Shown: positions 25,753-34,933 of the stretch, in pieces
Numbering within the stretch: the first letter of the stretch is position 1
Layout of the letters: the number at the start of each line of letters is the position of its first letter
Notes under the pieces: generated by a model
Seen by the model: only the letters and a program-made list of their open reading frames with translations
What the model was told of the DNA's origin: nothing
Database searches by the model: none
Position numbers and translations under genes: made by a program
NCBI GenBank assembly: GCA_041694885.1
Contig: JBGFRX010000027.1
Coordinates: 1 to 37,070, forward strand
Reading direction: 5' to 3'
Source: Candidatus Micrarchaeota archaeon
GTDB taxonomy: Archaea; Micrarchaeota; Micrarchaeia; Anstonellales; Bilamarchaeaceae
Length of the DNA stretch: 37,070 bases

Positions 25753-25800
25753 AAACCGGAAACGGGCGCCCGAAACCGGGAACCCGGAACTGAAAACCGT
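25753..25800 (+). repeat. Degenerate heptamer tandem repeat
   Basis: AAACCGG AAACGGG CGCCCG AAACCGG GAACCCG GAACTGA AAACCGT. Confidence 0.6.
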
Positions 25801-25804
25801 TTCT

Positions 25805-25916
25805 GGGGCCGTGAGGTAACCTGGCATCCTGCAAGCTTGGGGTGCTTGTTATCTGAGTTCAAGCCCAAAAAGCTGCACTGTGTCAGCGATTTGGGGGGCG
25901 CATCTCAGCGGTCCCA
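25805..25916 (+). tRNA. tRNA-Pro(GGG) with 39-nt intron (25863-25901) in the T-loop at position 58/59
   Basis: Acceptor GGGGCCG/CGGTCCC, anticodon arm CAAGC-TTGGGGT-GCTTG, T stem CTGAG/CTCAG; removing the intron restores TTCAAAT and a 73-nt tRNA; BHB motif present. Confidence 0.92.
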
Positions 25917-25949
25917 AATTTTATATTCGTAAAAATGCAGGTGATGATT

Positions 25950-26651
25950 GTGGCTGAAGAAAAAGAGGAGAAACAGAGCATGCTCGTGAAGCAGGAGAAA
26001 TACCTGGAGGCAGGAATACATATAGGTACCAAGATGCGCACGTTCGATATGAAGGGTTTTGTGTTCAAGACGCGCGACGACGGCCTGAACATACTCGATT
26101 TGAGGAAGATTGACATGCGGCTCCGCGAGGCGGCGAAGCTCATGGGAAGGTACAAGCCAGAGGATATACTGGTTGTCGCGTCGAGGATATATTCCGGAAA
26201 CGCCGCATCTAAATTCGCCGCGCTTACCGGAGTGAATCTGGTGAAAGGAAGATTCGTTCCTGGAACGATGACCAATATAGTTCTCAAGGAATTCAGGGAG
26301 CCCAAACTGGTTTTCGTCTCTGATCCGAGGAACGAGCGCGAGGCGATAATGGAGGCGGCAAAGACCGGCGTTCCGGTGGTCGCGCTCTGCGATACGGACA
26401 ACGAAACTAAATACATCGACTACGTGGTTCCGGCGAACAACAAGGGAAGGAAGGCGCTTGCGCTCGTTTTCTATATCCTCACAAGGGAGCTCATGATGTC
26501 GCAGGGGGAAATTTCATCCTACGACCAGTTCCAGTACGACACCACCTACTTCGAGGAACTCGAGGAAGTGAAGAAGCCGGAGCCCGAAATCCCGGTAGTG
26601 AAGCAAGAGGACAAGCCGGAAGAAACAGCTGCCCCTTCGGTCTCAGCATAA
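25950..26651 (+). CDS. rps2: 30S ribosomal protein S2 (uS2)
   Basis: YLEAGIHIGTK, GRFVPGTMTN, VALCDTDN, PANNKGRKALAL; GTG 25950 after SD GGTGA (ATG 25935 is an alternative start). Confidence 0.96.
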   Translation: MAEEKEEKQSMLVKQEKYLEAGIHIGTKMRTFDMKGFVFKTRDDGLNILDLRKIDMRLREAAKLMGRYKPEDILVVASRIYSGNAASKFAALTGVNLVKGRFVPGTMTNIVLKEFREPKLVFVSDPRNEREAIMEAAKTGVPVVALCDTDNETKYIDYVVPANNKGRKALALVFYILTRELMMSQGEISSYDQFQYDTTYFEELEEVKKPEPEIPVVKQEDKPEETAAPSVSA

Positions 26652-26668
26652 ATATCCGGATGTTTTTT

Positions 26669-27874
26669 TCAGCCGCCGCATCTCCTTCTTTCATCAGTGT
26701 TTTGTATATACGAGCAAATAGCTGTGTCGTTCTTCTGCGCTGCGAAACGGCTAAAGCATTTGTCCTTCCAGTCGGCATTTGCAACTGCAAGGCATTTTTC
26801 CTGGCTGAGATTTTTTGTCTGCAGGATAACGTCCGCATAGCAGTTGATCCTGATATAAATAGTTGAAAGATTGTTGCACGCAGAGGGGTCATAGTATTGA
26901 AGGGCAAAGGCGCGCAGGCATCCGTCCCTCGTGCCAATAACGTATTTGTCGCTTATTGCATTGCAGCCCGATATATCGCCGCTGGAAAGGGAATAGTTCC
27001 TGTAGCAGTCCCACATATACAAGAGTTCGTTATTGGCGCAGTGCGAATAGTTCTTTTCAGCGAGCGCAGCGCTGAGGTAGCAATTGAATTTGTAAAGCCC
27101 GCTCTCCACCAGGCCGCAATATGAATAGTCCCCAGAATACTGGGCGAGCAGCTGATAGCAGTAATCCACTGTATATACGCCGGAAAGAAGGGAGCACTCG
27201 TTCTTTTTCTCAACCACGCTCCTGCATGCGTAATTCTCCGCATCTGAGAAAAGGCCGGAGCAGGCAGTTGTATCGTTGCGCATAGTCGCATAAGTAAGGA
27301 AGCAGCTGGCCAATGTGCAGTATTTCGTATCATTGTATCTGAGCGCAAGGCACGTCTCGCGTTTTTCTCCTTCAGGTATGTCGAGGCATGGCGGATTCAC
27401 TCTTTCCCTGCATGAAGTTCTGTCTTCTGCCTTGAGAAGGTCGCACAAACTCGCGTTTTTACCGAACACCGCAAAATCCATCACACAGCCCTTCCTCAGC
27501 AGGTAGTTCCTGAGCGCAAGGCACGCGGAAAGGTCGGAATTGGAGAATACCTGCCAGCATTCGTCGCTCTTCGCTGTGCTGACGTTTCTGCAATATGAGG
27601 AATCGGAGTTCGCTATTGCTGCCTTGATGAGGCATTCGTCATCACATTCCGTGCTTACGTTGATAGTTACGTTCATGCCGGGCGAGTAGTGCCCGGTTAT
27701 CCTGGCTATTATGCGCGCAACGTCTTTTTCCAGGAAAAGGAAATAGATGAGAGTAAATACTATAGAGGAAACGATGACCGCAAAGATTATCATGTTCCTG
27801 AGGCGCGCATAGCGGTTGAAATGATATTCCCTGTCCATGCTGCATATATCGCGCTTTCGTTTATAAATTTTCAT
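26669..27874 (-). CDS. Membrane-anchored cysteine-rich repeat surface protein
   Basis: Single N-terminal TM helix; ~28 regularly spaced Cys in short repeats; many N-x-S/T sequons; start may be 27838. Confidence 0.75.
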   Translation of the reverse strand: MKIYKRKRDICSMDREYHFNRYARLRNMIIFAVIVSSIVFTLIYFLFLEKDVARIIARITGHYSPGMNVTINVSTECDDECLIKAAIANSDSSYCRNVSTAKSDECWQVFSNSDLSACLALRNYLLRKGCVMDFAVFGKNASLCDLLKAEDRTSCRERVNPPCLDIPEGEKRETCLALRYNDTKYCTLASCFLTYATMRNDTTACSGLFSDAENYACRSVVEKKNECSLLSGVYTVDYCYQLLAQYSGDYSYCGLVESGLYKFNCYLSAALAEKNYSHCANNELLYMWDCYRNYSLSSGDISGCNAISDKYVIGTRDGCLRAFALQYYDPSACNNLSTIYIRINCYADVILQTKNLSQEKCLAVANADWKDKCFSRFAAQKNDTAICSYIQNTDERRRCGG

Positions 27875-27992
27875 TTTCCTCCACGCGCCTTCGCCCCTAA
27901 AGTCATTTCTATATTTTTGTGGTTTTATAGCCGCGGGATAAAAATCACTCTATTTAAATCTTATCCAAAATAACCTTTAGCTTTCGAGTTCA

Positions 27993-28072
27993 GGAAACCA
28001 GGAACAAGAAAGTGAAGTGAGGGTCGGATGGAGCTTCGGCTAACCATCCACTCTTATGCTTATCCTGTTTCT
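27993..28072 (+). ncRNA. Candidate structured RNA: long hairpin capped by a cUUCGg tetraloop
   Basis: GAAACCAGGA/TCCTGTTTC, GTGAGGGT/ACTCTTAT (G-U), GGATGG/CCATCC, AGC-TTCG-GCT. Confidence 0.35.
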
Positions 28073-28318
28073 CCACAATGATCCCGTTGTTCGATTTTCA
28101 TTTCCCGATTTTCTTCGTCGTGTCAGAAAGCGCGAAAGAAAGGTTTAAAAAACTTCTAATGAATACTACACAATTACATCGTCTAATCTGATTTAAGTTG
28201 AAAATAAATCGTTCAGTTTCAATTAAGCTGAATAAAGTGAAAGGGGGCGGGAGCCGCGATATGCGCTGGCGCTTGTCTCAAGGATTACGCGCGGAAAACG
28301 CGCGGGACAGGCGATAAC

Positions 28319-28663
28319 ATGAGCAGGCAAAAGCAGCAGGAAAAGCACAGCGAATTCCAGGAGCTCGTGGCAAGCATACACTCCGCAGAATCCGAGGCAG
28401 ACCGCGTGAAGTCCGATTACGAGGCGAAGACAGCGGAACTGCTCAGGAAAGGAAGGAAAAGGAGCGTGGAGCTGTGCGAAGCGTACGAAAAGAAGGCGGC
28501 AGAAGCCAAAAACAGGATTCTCTCCACTGAAAGGGAAAAGACATCTGCGCAGGCGAACGAAGTCATTGCAGAAGCGAAAAAGCAGGCAGCAGTACTACGT
28601 TCGAAAAAGCTTGATCGAAAAGGCATAGAGGCGGTTTTCGAAGGCCTTGTTTCTTCATTGTGA
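28319..28663 (+). CDS. atpH: A-type ATP synthase subunit H
   Basis: Charged coiled-coil of 114 aa in first position of the ATPase operon. Confidence 0.7.
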   Translation: MSRQKQQEKHSEFQELVASIHSAESEADRVKSDYEAKTAELLRKGRKRSVELCEAYEKKAAEAKNRILSTEREKTSAQANEVIAEAKKQAAVLRSKKLDRKGIEAVFEGLVSSL

Positions 28664-28668
28664 TTCAC

Positions 28669-30579
28669 ATGTTCAAGCCAGTGAAGATGCAGCGGCTCAT
28701 GCTTTTGGCAATGAAGGACTACGAAAGCCGGCTGATATCCTCGCTACACAAGGCAGGCATGGTCGAGATACGCTCATTGGACGTTCCCGGGCTCGAGAAA
28801 GGAAAGCCGCTCGAAATACACAACGACGTTTCGCGCGAAGTCGTGCGCATCCGCGGCATAATAAGCGCATTCCAGCTCCTTCCTTTTGCGAAAAAAGAAA
28901 AAAATTATGAGAAAATCGGAATGCGCGAGCCGGAATACGTACGCTGCCTCGCAGAAGCAGGGCGCATCAGGATAGATGCGGAGCTCAAGGAACTCGTTGA
29001 CCTAAGGTCCAAACATGTTGCCGAACTTGCAGAACGCGAGAAGAAAAAGGAGGAAATTTCCAAAGCCGCATATTTCGCAGGCGTGGACTTTTCAAGATTG
29101 GAGACGAGGAATTTCACGTTCGTGCTCGGAAGCGCGAAGAAAAAGGTCTTTGCGCAGTTCAGGAAGGACCTTGAGGAATACCTGAACAGGGACTGCGAAA
29201 TCCTCCATACACCTACAGGTAAGGATGACGAGATGGCGCTCGTATTCTATCCAAGGAAGGAAAACATCGAATTCGTGCTTTCGCGCTACAATTTCGAAAA
29301 AATACACCTGCCCGATAATTTCTCTTCTTTCGACCAGGGGGCGAAGGCATTGGATGCGGAAACAGCAGCAACCAAAAAAATCATCGCAGAGACCGAGAAA
29401 AAGATAGCGGAAATGCACGACGCGAATATGCCTTCGCTCGTGCGGCTCGAAAAAGAACTCTCGGTGCTTTCCGCGCGCGCTGCAATATCCACTAAATTCG
29501 CCTCAAGCAGGAAAATAATCGCGATAAAGGGCTGGATAAAAAAGAAGGACGAAAACGCGCTGAAAGACATGCTCCGGCTATCGTTCCCGGAGGAAGCTGA
29601 AATCGTTGAACTCGAAACCGGAGAGGATGCGCCCGTGGTTCTCGATAACCCCAAATCAATACATCAGTTTCAGTGGCTCGTGGAATTCTATTCGCGTCCG
29701 TCCTATAGAGAGTTCGACCCTACGTTCCTGCTCCTCTTCACAGTTCCAATAATGTACGGAATGATAGTTGGAGACGTGGGATACGGCCTTATATCCATTA
29801 TACTCTCCTCGCTCATACTCAGGAAGTTCAAGAGCGGAATGCTCGGAAACATAGCCAAAATATGGCTGTTCTCGTCCATTGCGGCAATGCTCTTCGGAGT
29901 GGTTTTCGACGAATGGCTCGGTTTCCCCCACTTAAAGTTCCTCGAATGGCTCAAGAAATGGGGAATAAACACTGGGATCGAACACCAGCTTTACGAGGGC
30001 ATAGGCAGAAGCCATAACCTTAACCTAGTGATAGGGCTTTCGCTGCTCGTGGGCATAGTACATCTTTCCCTTGGCTTCATACTAGGTGCGATGAACGCAT
30101 GGCACCACGACAAAAAACATGCGGCAGCGAAGATATTCTGGCTTTCGCTTCTCCTGAGCGGTACAGCATCCGTCGCCACGCTGATGTTCAACATGCTTCC
30201 GCAGGACGTGGGAAACATTGCAGTCGCGATGCTTGCGGTGAGTGTAGTTGCCGTAATCGCGCTCGAAGGCGTGCCTGGTTTATTCGAGATTCCAGGGCTT
30301 GCTGCAAATGCACTTTCCTATTCGCGAATTGCAGCCGCGGGCGTAGTAGGCGTTATCCTTGCTGAAATGATAAACGAGACGATGCTTCCCACTCCGGAGA
30401 GAAGCATAGTGATGATTCCGGTGTTCATTTTGCTCCACGTACTGAACGCTGCGTTCGCCATGTTCGAGAGCATGGTGCAGGGCGGCCGTCTCAATCTGGT
30501 GGAATTCTATTCGAAATTCTTCCACGGCGGCGGGCAGCCGTTCAGTCCGTTCGCAGCAGAAGAATTCAAAAACGAATGA
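28669..30579 (+). CDS. atpI: A-type ATP synthase subunit I (a)
   Basis: MFKPVKM, EFDPT, YGMIVGDVGYG, LSYSRIAA, RLNLVEFYSKFF. Confidence 0.95.
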   Translation: MFKPVKMQRLMLLAMKDYESRLISSLHKAGMVEIRSLDVPGLEKGKPLEIHNDVSREVVRIRGIISAFQLLPFAKKEKNYEKIGMREPEYVRCLAEAGRIRIDAELKELVDLRSKHVAELAEREKKKEEISKAAYFAGVDFSRLETRNFTFVLGSAKKKVFAQFRKDLEEYLNRDCEILHTPTGKDDEMALVFYPRKENIEFVLSRYNFEKIHLPDNFSSFDQGAKALDAETAATKKIIAETEKKIAEMHDANMPSLVRLEKELSVLSARAAISTKFASSRKIIAIKGWIKKKDENALKDMLRLSFPEEAEIVELETGEDAPVVLDNPKSIHQFQWLVEFYSRPSYREFDPTFLLLFTVPIMYGMIVGDVGYGLISIILSSLILRKFKSGMLGNIAKIWLFSSIAAMLFGVVFDEWLGFPHLKFLEWLKKWGINTGIEHQLYEGIGRSHNLNLVIGLSLLVGIVHLSLGFILGAMNAWHHDKKHAAAKIFWLSLLLSGTASVATLMFNMLPQDVGNIAVAMLAVSVVAVIALEGVPGLFEIPGLAANALSYSRIAAAGVVGVILAEMINETMLPTPERSIVMIPVFILLHVLNAAFAMFESMVQGGRLNLVEFYSKFFHGGGQPFSPFAAEEFKNE

Positions 30580-30594
30580 AAAACAGGTGAAAAT

Positions 30595-30840
30595 ATGGCA
30601 GATGCAGTAGCAGGAGAAATCGCGGCCGAAGGGCTCATTGGAATAGCAGCGGGGCTTGCAATGCTCGGCGGTGCGATAGGAACCGCAATGGTGCAGAGCA
30701 GCGTGGGTTCGAGCGCGATGGGAGTAATCGCGGAGAAGCCAGAAGAGTCGAGCAAGCTTTTGCTCTATTACCTGATTCCGGAAACCATACTGGTGTTCGG
30801 GTTCGTGATATCGTTCCTGCTCATCAGCAAAATTGCCTGA
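30595..30840 (+). CDS. atpK: A-type ATP synthase subunit K (c), single hairpin
   Basis: Two TM helices, AEKPE loop, IPET ion-binding Glu. Confidence 0.93.
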   Translation: MADAVAGEIAAEGLIGIAAGLAMLGGAIGTAMVQSSVGSSAMGVIAEKPEESSKLLLYYLIPETILVFGFVISFLLISKIA

Positions 30841-30938
30841 TGGGCTTTTTTGGGGTTTTTCGTTTCGTGTTCTGTTTGAACGAAATTGGAAACGGAACTC
30901 CTAAGGAGCCTGACTCAACTGTAAAAAGAGGTTGTTGA

Positions 30939-31499
30939 ATGCTGAGCGAAATAAAGAAAACGATAGTCAGGGACGCACGCAAGGAAGGAGAGGACTCCAT
31001 TCGCAGGGCAGAGGAGGAAGTTGAAGCCGAGCTTGCCAGGGTGAAGGCAGAAGGCGAGGCAAAAGTGGCGCTTGCGGAGCGCGAGGCGCATGCTCTCATT
31101 GAAGGCGAAAGACGCGAGCGGCTGAGCTGGGCGAAATTGGAGGCGAAAAGGACACTTGCTGAGGCAAGGGAGGATGTGGTGAACGCAGCAATGGATGTGC
31201 TCATAAGCCGCATGAATGCCTATTCAGGCACGAGATCCTACACTCAGCGGATGAAGGCGATGATTTCCCTTGCTGTGAGGGAAATGGGGGGCAATGCCGT
31301 TGTGCACGTGAAAAGGGCTGAAAGAAAGTCCCTTTCTGTTTCGGGTGCGACTGTGCTGGGCGACGCAGACATAATTGGCGGCGCTGTAGTGGAGAGCAAG
31401 GATGGGCGGCTGCGGATCGACCTGTCTTTGGAGGCGCTTCTCAATGCCCACAGGGACGAGGTAAGAAAGGACATTTACTCGCGTCTGTTCAGGGAGTGA
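30939..31499 (+). CDS. atpE: A-type ATP synthase subunit E
   Basis: Helical N-terminus, IIGGAVVESKDGRLRIDLSLE; operon position. Confidence 0.9.
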   Translation: MLSEIKKTIVRDARKEGEDSIRRAEEEVEAELARVKAEGEAKVALAEREAHALIEGERRERLSWAKLEAKRTLAEAREDVVNAAMDVLISRMNAYSGTRSYTQRMKAMISLAVREMGGNAVVHVKRAERKSLSVSGATVLGDADIIGGAVVESKDGRLRIDLSLEALLNAHRDEVRKDIYSRLFRE

Positions 31500-31506
31500 T
31501 TCACGC

Positions 31507-32643
31507 ATGGCAAAACCGAGCGCATTTTCCCAGGTTAAAAAGACGCACATTGCGAAAAGCCCGGGGAAGGGCTTCCAACTGCCGCAATCCCGTGCTGCGA
31601 AATACGGCTATTCCAACGCGCGTGTGAGCGCGATGAAGGGACTGCTTCTGAAAAAGGAGCTGCTCAGGGAAATAAGCCGGGTGGGAAGCGTTGACGCAGT
31701 GGTGGAAATGCTCGAGAGAACGTATTACAAGGAGAACCTCGTGAGAAACTCGATGCACTATCACGGCTCTGACCTCGTTCAGATTGCCTCTTCCATGCAT
31801 TTTGCGGAAATAGCGAACAAGCTCGCGCGCATAACTCCGGAGAGCGAAAAAAAGAAGTTCAACCTTATGCTCACGAAATGGGATATAGTGAATGCGAAGA
31901 CGATATTGCATGCGAAGCGCGTGGGGAAGAAATACGAAGATGTTGCGCCATTCATAATACCCATCGGTTCGTTCACGGAATCGGAGGTGAAGGGCCTGCT
32001 CGAGGGTGGAGGCGAGAATGTGTTCCTCAAGTTTGCAAAAACCCACCTTGGAAGGCGGCTTACCGCAAGTCGGGCGGTTTCCAGTACTGAAATGGAAAAA
32101 CTGTTCCTTACCATGAGCAGTGCGGAACTTGTGAAACTGGAGTCGATTCTGGATTCGTTCTATTATTCGCTATACGGCGCGAGCGAACTGCTTGCTTCGA
32201 AGGAGCTCGGGCAGATTATGAAGGTCTTCATGAAAGAGATAGACGCTAAAAACGCATCTCTCCTCGTGCGGCTAAGGCAGCACGGGATAAGCGATTCCAA
32301 AACGCTGGAAAAATATTTCATAAAGGGTGGATACAGGGGCTTCGGCTCCTTCGCTCCAATCATAGAGGCGCGCAGCGCGGAGGAGATGCTCAAGAGCGCT
32401 GCGAAAATGTTCGAACTCAAGACGGTGCCTGCAAGCGCCGTGGAGCTGGAGGTGATGCTGGGCAACCGACTCGCCGGAGCAAAGTTGAGCGCATTCTATC
32501 GCTCGGTGCTTTCCGTAGGCACGATCCTCGGATTCCTTTTCCTCAAGGAGGAGGAGATAAACAACCTGAGGAAAATCGCGGTTGGGAAGGAGTTCGGGTT
32601 TCCTGAGCAAAAAATAACCGAGATGCTTGTCTTCCCGGCTTAA
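31507..32643 (+). CDS. atpC: A-type ATP synthase subunit C
   Basis: YGYSNARVSAMKGLLL, KWDIVNAKTIL, KEEEINNLRKIAVGK. Confidence 0.92.
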   Translation: MAKPSAFSQVKKTHIAKSPGKGFQLPQSRAAKYGYSNARVSAMKGLLLKKELLREISRVGSVDAVVEMLERTYYKENLVRNSMHYHGSDLVQIASSMHFAEIANKLARITPESEKKKFNLMLTKWDIVNAKTILHAKRVGKKYEDVAPFIIPIGSFTESEVKGLLEGGGENVFLKFAKTHLGRRLTASRAVSSTEMEKLFLTMSSAELVKLESILDSFYYSLYGASELLASKELGQIMKVFMKEIDAKNASLLVRLRQHGISDSKTLEKYFIKGGYRGFGSFAPIIEARSAEEMLKSAAKMFELKTVPASAVELEVMLGNRLAGAKLSAFYRSVLSVGTILGFLFLKEEEINNLRKIAVGKEFGFPEQKITEMLVFPA

Positions 32644-32684
32644 AAATCATTGCCTAAAAAATAAAAAAAATATTTGATGATTTT

Positions 32685-33014
32685 ATGGTAAAAGGAAAAA
32701 TCGCAGTTTTGGGAGAACACCACTTCACAATGGGCTTCCTTTTCGCAGGAGTGCAGGACACATTCACAGTGAAAGATTCAGGAGCTGCAGCGGAGCAGCG
32801 ACTCATCGAGCTCATAAGTTCCGGGGAATTCTCCGTGATATTCATAAGCGAGAAGTTGAGCGAACAGATGGACTGGCGGCTGAAGAAGCGCATTTCAAAT
32901 CTTGCATATCCGGTGATTGTTCCACTGCCGGACATCACGGGGGAGGGCAGCGAGGCGGCGAACATAAAGGCGTTCATCAAGAGGGCGCTTGGATTCGATA
33001 TTGCCACAAAATAA
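32685..33014 (+). CDS. atpF: A-type ATP synthase subunit F
   Basis: [22 protein letters not shown]. Confidence 0.93.
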   Translation: MVKGKIAVLGEHHFTMGFLFAGVQDTFTVKDSGAAAEQRLIELISSGEFSVIFISEKLSEQMDWRLKKRISNLAYPVIVPLPDITGEGSEAANIKAFIKRALGFDIATK

Positions 33015-33039
33015 AAAACGATTATTCAAGGTGATAATG

Positions 33040-34833
33040 ATGGGCAAGAAGGGAACGTTAAGCAGGATTTCAGGACCAGTTGTAGAGGTCAGGAACCTCG
33101 AGGACGCGAAGCTCTACGACGTTGTGAGGGTTGGAGAGGAAGGGCTGGTAGGCGAAATAATCAAGATAGTTGGCAACACGTGCGTTGTACAGGTTTACGA
33201 GGACACTACCGGGCTGAAGCCAGGCGAGTCGGTGGAGAACACCGGCCAGCCGCTGAGCGTGGAGCTCGGTCCCGGAATACTGAAAAATATCTACGATGGC
33301 ATACAGAGGCCGCTCAAGGATATAGAGTCGAAGAGCGGACACTTCATCAAGAGGGGAATCAACGTCCCTCCACTTCCACGCAACATCAAATGGGAATTTA
33401 CCGCAAAGGCGAAGGCAGGGGAGCGCGTGAAAGCAGGAGACATTCTGGGCGAGGTGCAGGAGACCGAGCTCATTGTGCATAAAGTTCTTTCCCCTTACGA
33501 AGGCAAGCTCGACAGGATAAAGAGCGGCAAATACAGGATAGACGAGGAGATAGGGCAGATAACCGTTGAAGGCAGGAAAAAAGACCTCTACCTTTACCAG
33601 AAATGGTTCGTGAGGAAGCCGAGGCCTTATGCGGAAAAATTCCCGCCAATAATTCCCCTTGTTACCGGGCAGCGCGTCGTGGATACGTTCTTCCCTATTT
33701 CAAAAGGAGGCACTGCATGCATCCCAGGTCCCTTTGGCTCCGGCAAAACGGTTACGCAGCAGTCGCTGGCCAAATATTCCGATACGGAAATCTGCGTATA
33801 CATCGGCTGCGGCGAACGCGGGAACGAAATGACAGAAGTGCTTACAGAGTTTCCGCACCTGAAGGACGATAAGACGGGGAAGCCGCTCATGGAAAGGACA
33901 GTGCTTATTGCGAACACTTCCAACATGCCGGTGGCTGCGCGCGAGGCGAGCATATACACCGGAATCACTCTCGCAGAGTATTATCGGGACATGGGATACA
34001 ACGTTGCGCTCATGGCCGACTCCACAAGCAGGTGGGCAGAGGCGCTGCGCGAAATAGGAGGGCGTTTGGAGGAAATGCCCGGCGAAGAAGGCTATCCAGC
34101 ATATCTTGCGAGGCGGCTTGCTGAATTCTACGAAAGAGCAGGACGGGTGCGGACTCTCGGTACCGGGGGAGCCGGAGAAGGCGGCAAGAGCAGTGAACGC
34201 TACGGGTCGATTTCGATTATAGGCGCCGTATCTCCTCCTGGCGGAGACATAAGCGAGCCGGTTTCGCAGAACACCCTAAGGGTCACAAAGGTCTTCCTCG
34301 CTCTGGACGCATCTCTTGCGCAGAGAAGGCACTTCCCTGCGATTAATTGGCTCAAGAGCTACTCGCTCTACAAAGAATCGTTGGACGAATGGTTGCGCGC
34401 GAACGTTGCACAGGACTTCCCTTCAATGAGGGACAAGGCGATGGAATTGCTTCAGAAGGAGGCAGAGCTGCAGGAAATAGTACAATTAGTGGGGCCTGAT
34501 GCGCTTCCTGATCGCGAGCAGGTGATTCTTCTCGTGACCAAGATGCTAAGGGAGGACTTTTTGCAGCAGAACGCATACAGCGACGTGGACGCGAAGGCGA
34601 GCTTCTCGAAGCAATACCTGATGCTAAAGAACATAATGAACTTCCACGAAAAGGCAGTTCACGCAGTTGACGTGGGAGTGCAGCTCAGGAAAATACAATC
34701 CGTGCCGGTGAAGGCGAAAATCGGGAGGATGAAGGAAATAAGGGAAGGAGAGCTCGAAAAGCTACGTGAGCTCCAGAAGGAAACGGACAGCGATTTCGTC
34801 TCGATTTCTGGCGATTTCCCGAAGAAGCAGTAA
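33040..34833 (+). CDS. atpA: A-type ATP synthase subunit A
   Basis: [45 protein letters not shown]; no intein. Confidence 0.97.
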   Translation: MGKKGTLSRISGPVVEVRNLEDAKLYDVVRVGEEGLVGEIIKIVGNTCVVQVYEDTTGLKPGESVENTGQPLSVELGPGILKNIYDGIQRPLKDIESKSGHFIKRGINVPPLPRNIKWEFTAKAKAGERVKAGDILGEVQETELIVHKVLSPYEGKLDRIKSGKYRIDEEIGQITVEGRKKDLYLYQKWFVRKPRPYAEKFPPIIPLVTGQRVVDTFFPISKGGTACIPGPFGSGKTVTQQSLAKYSDTEICVYIGCGERGNEMTEVLTEFPHLKDDKTGKPLMERTVLIANTSNMPVAAREASIYTGITLAEYYRDMGYNVALMADSTSRWAEALREIGGRLEEMPGEEGYPAYLARRLAEFYERAGRVRTLGTGGAGEGGKSSERYGSISIIGAVSPPGGDISEPVSQNTLRVTKVFLALDASLAQRRHFPAINWLKSYSLYKESLDEWLRANVAQDFPSMRDKAMELLQKEAELQEIVQLVGPDALPDREQVILLVTKMLREDFLQQNAYSDVDAKASFSKQYLMLKNIMNFHEKAVHAVDVGVQLRKIQSVPVKAKIGRMKEIREGELEKLRELQKETDSDFVSISGDFPKKQ

Positions 34834-34933
34834 ACGAATAAGTGCAAGCTATATGCAATAACTGGCGTGAACAAAATGAAATGAATACGGAATGATTTGG
34901 AATGAAACCGATGCATTGGTGCAGGTGATTGCG

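Noticed and set aside
33040..34833. Intein in ATPase subunit A
   Set aside because: Normal length and intact GKTV and GCGERGNE sites; only a short Gly-rich loop insertion ([12 protein letters not shown])
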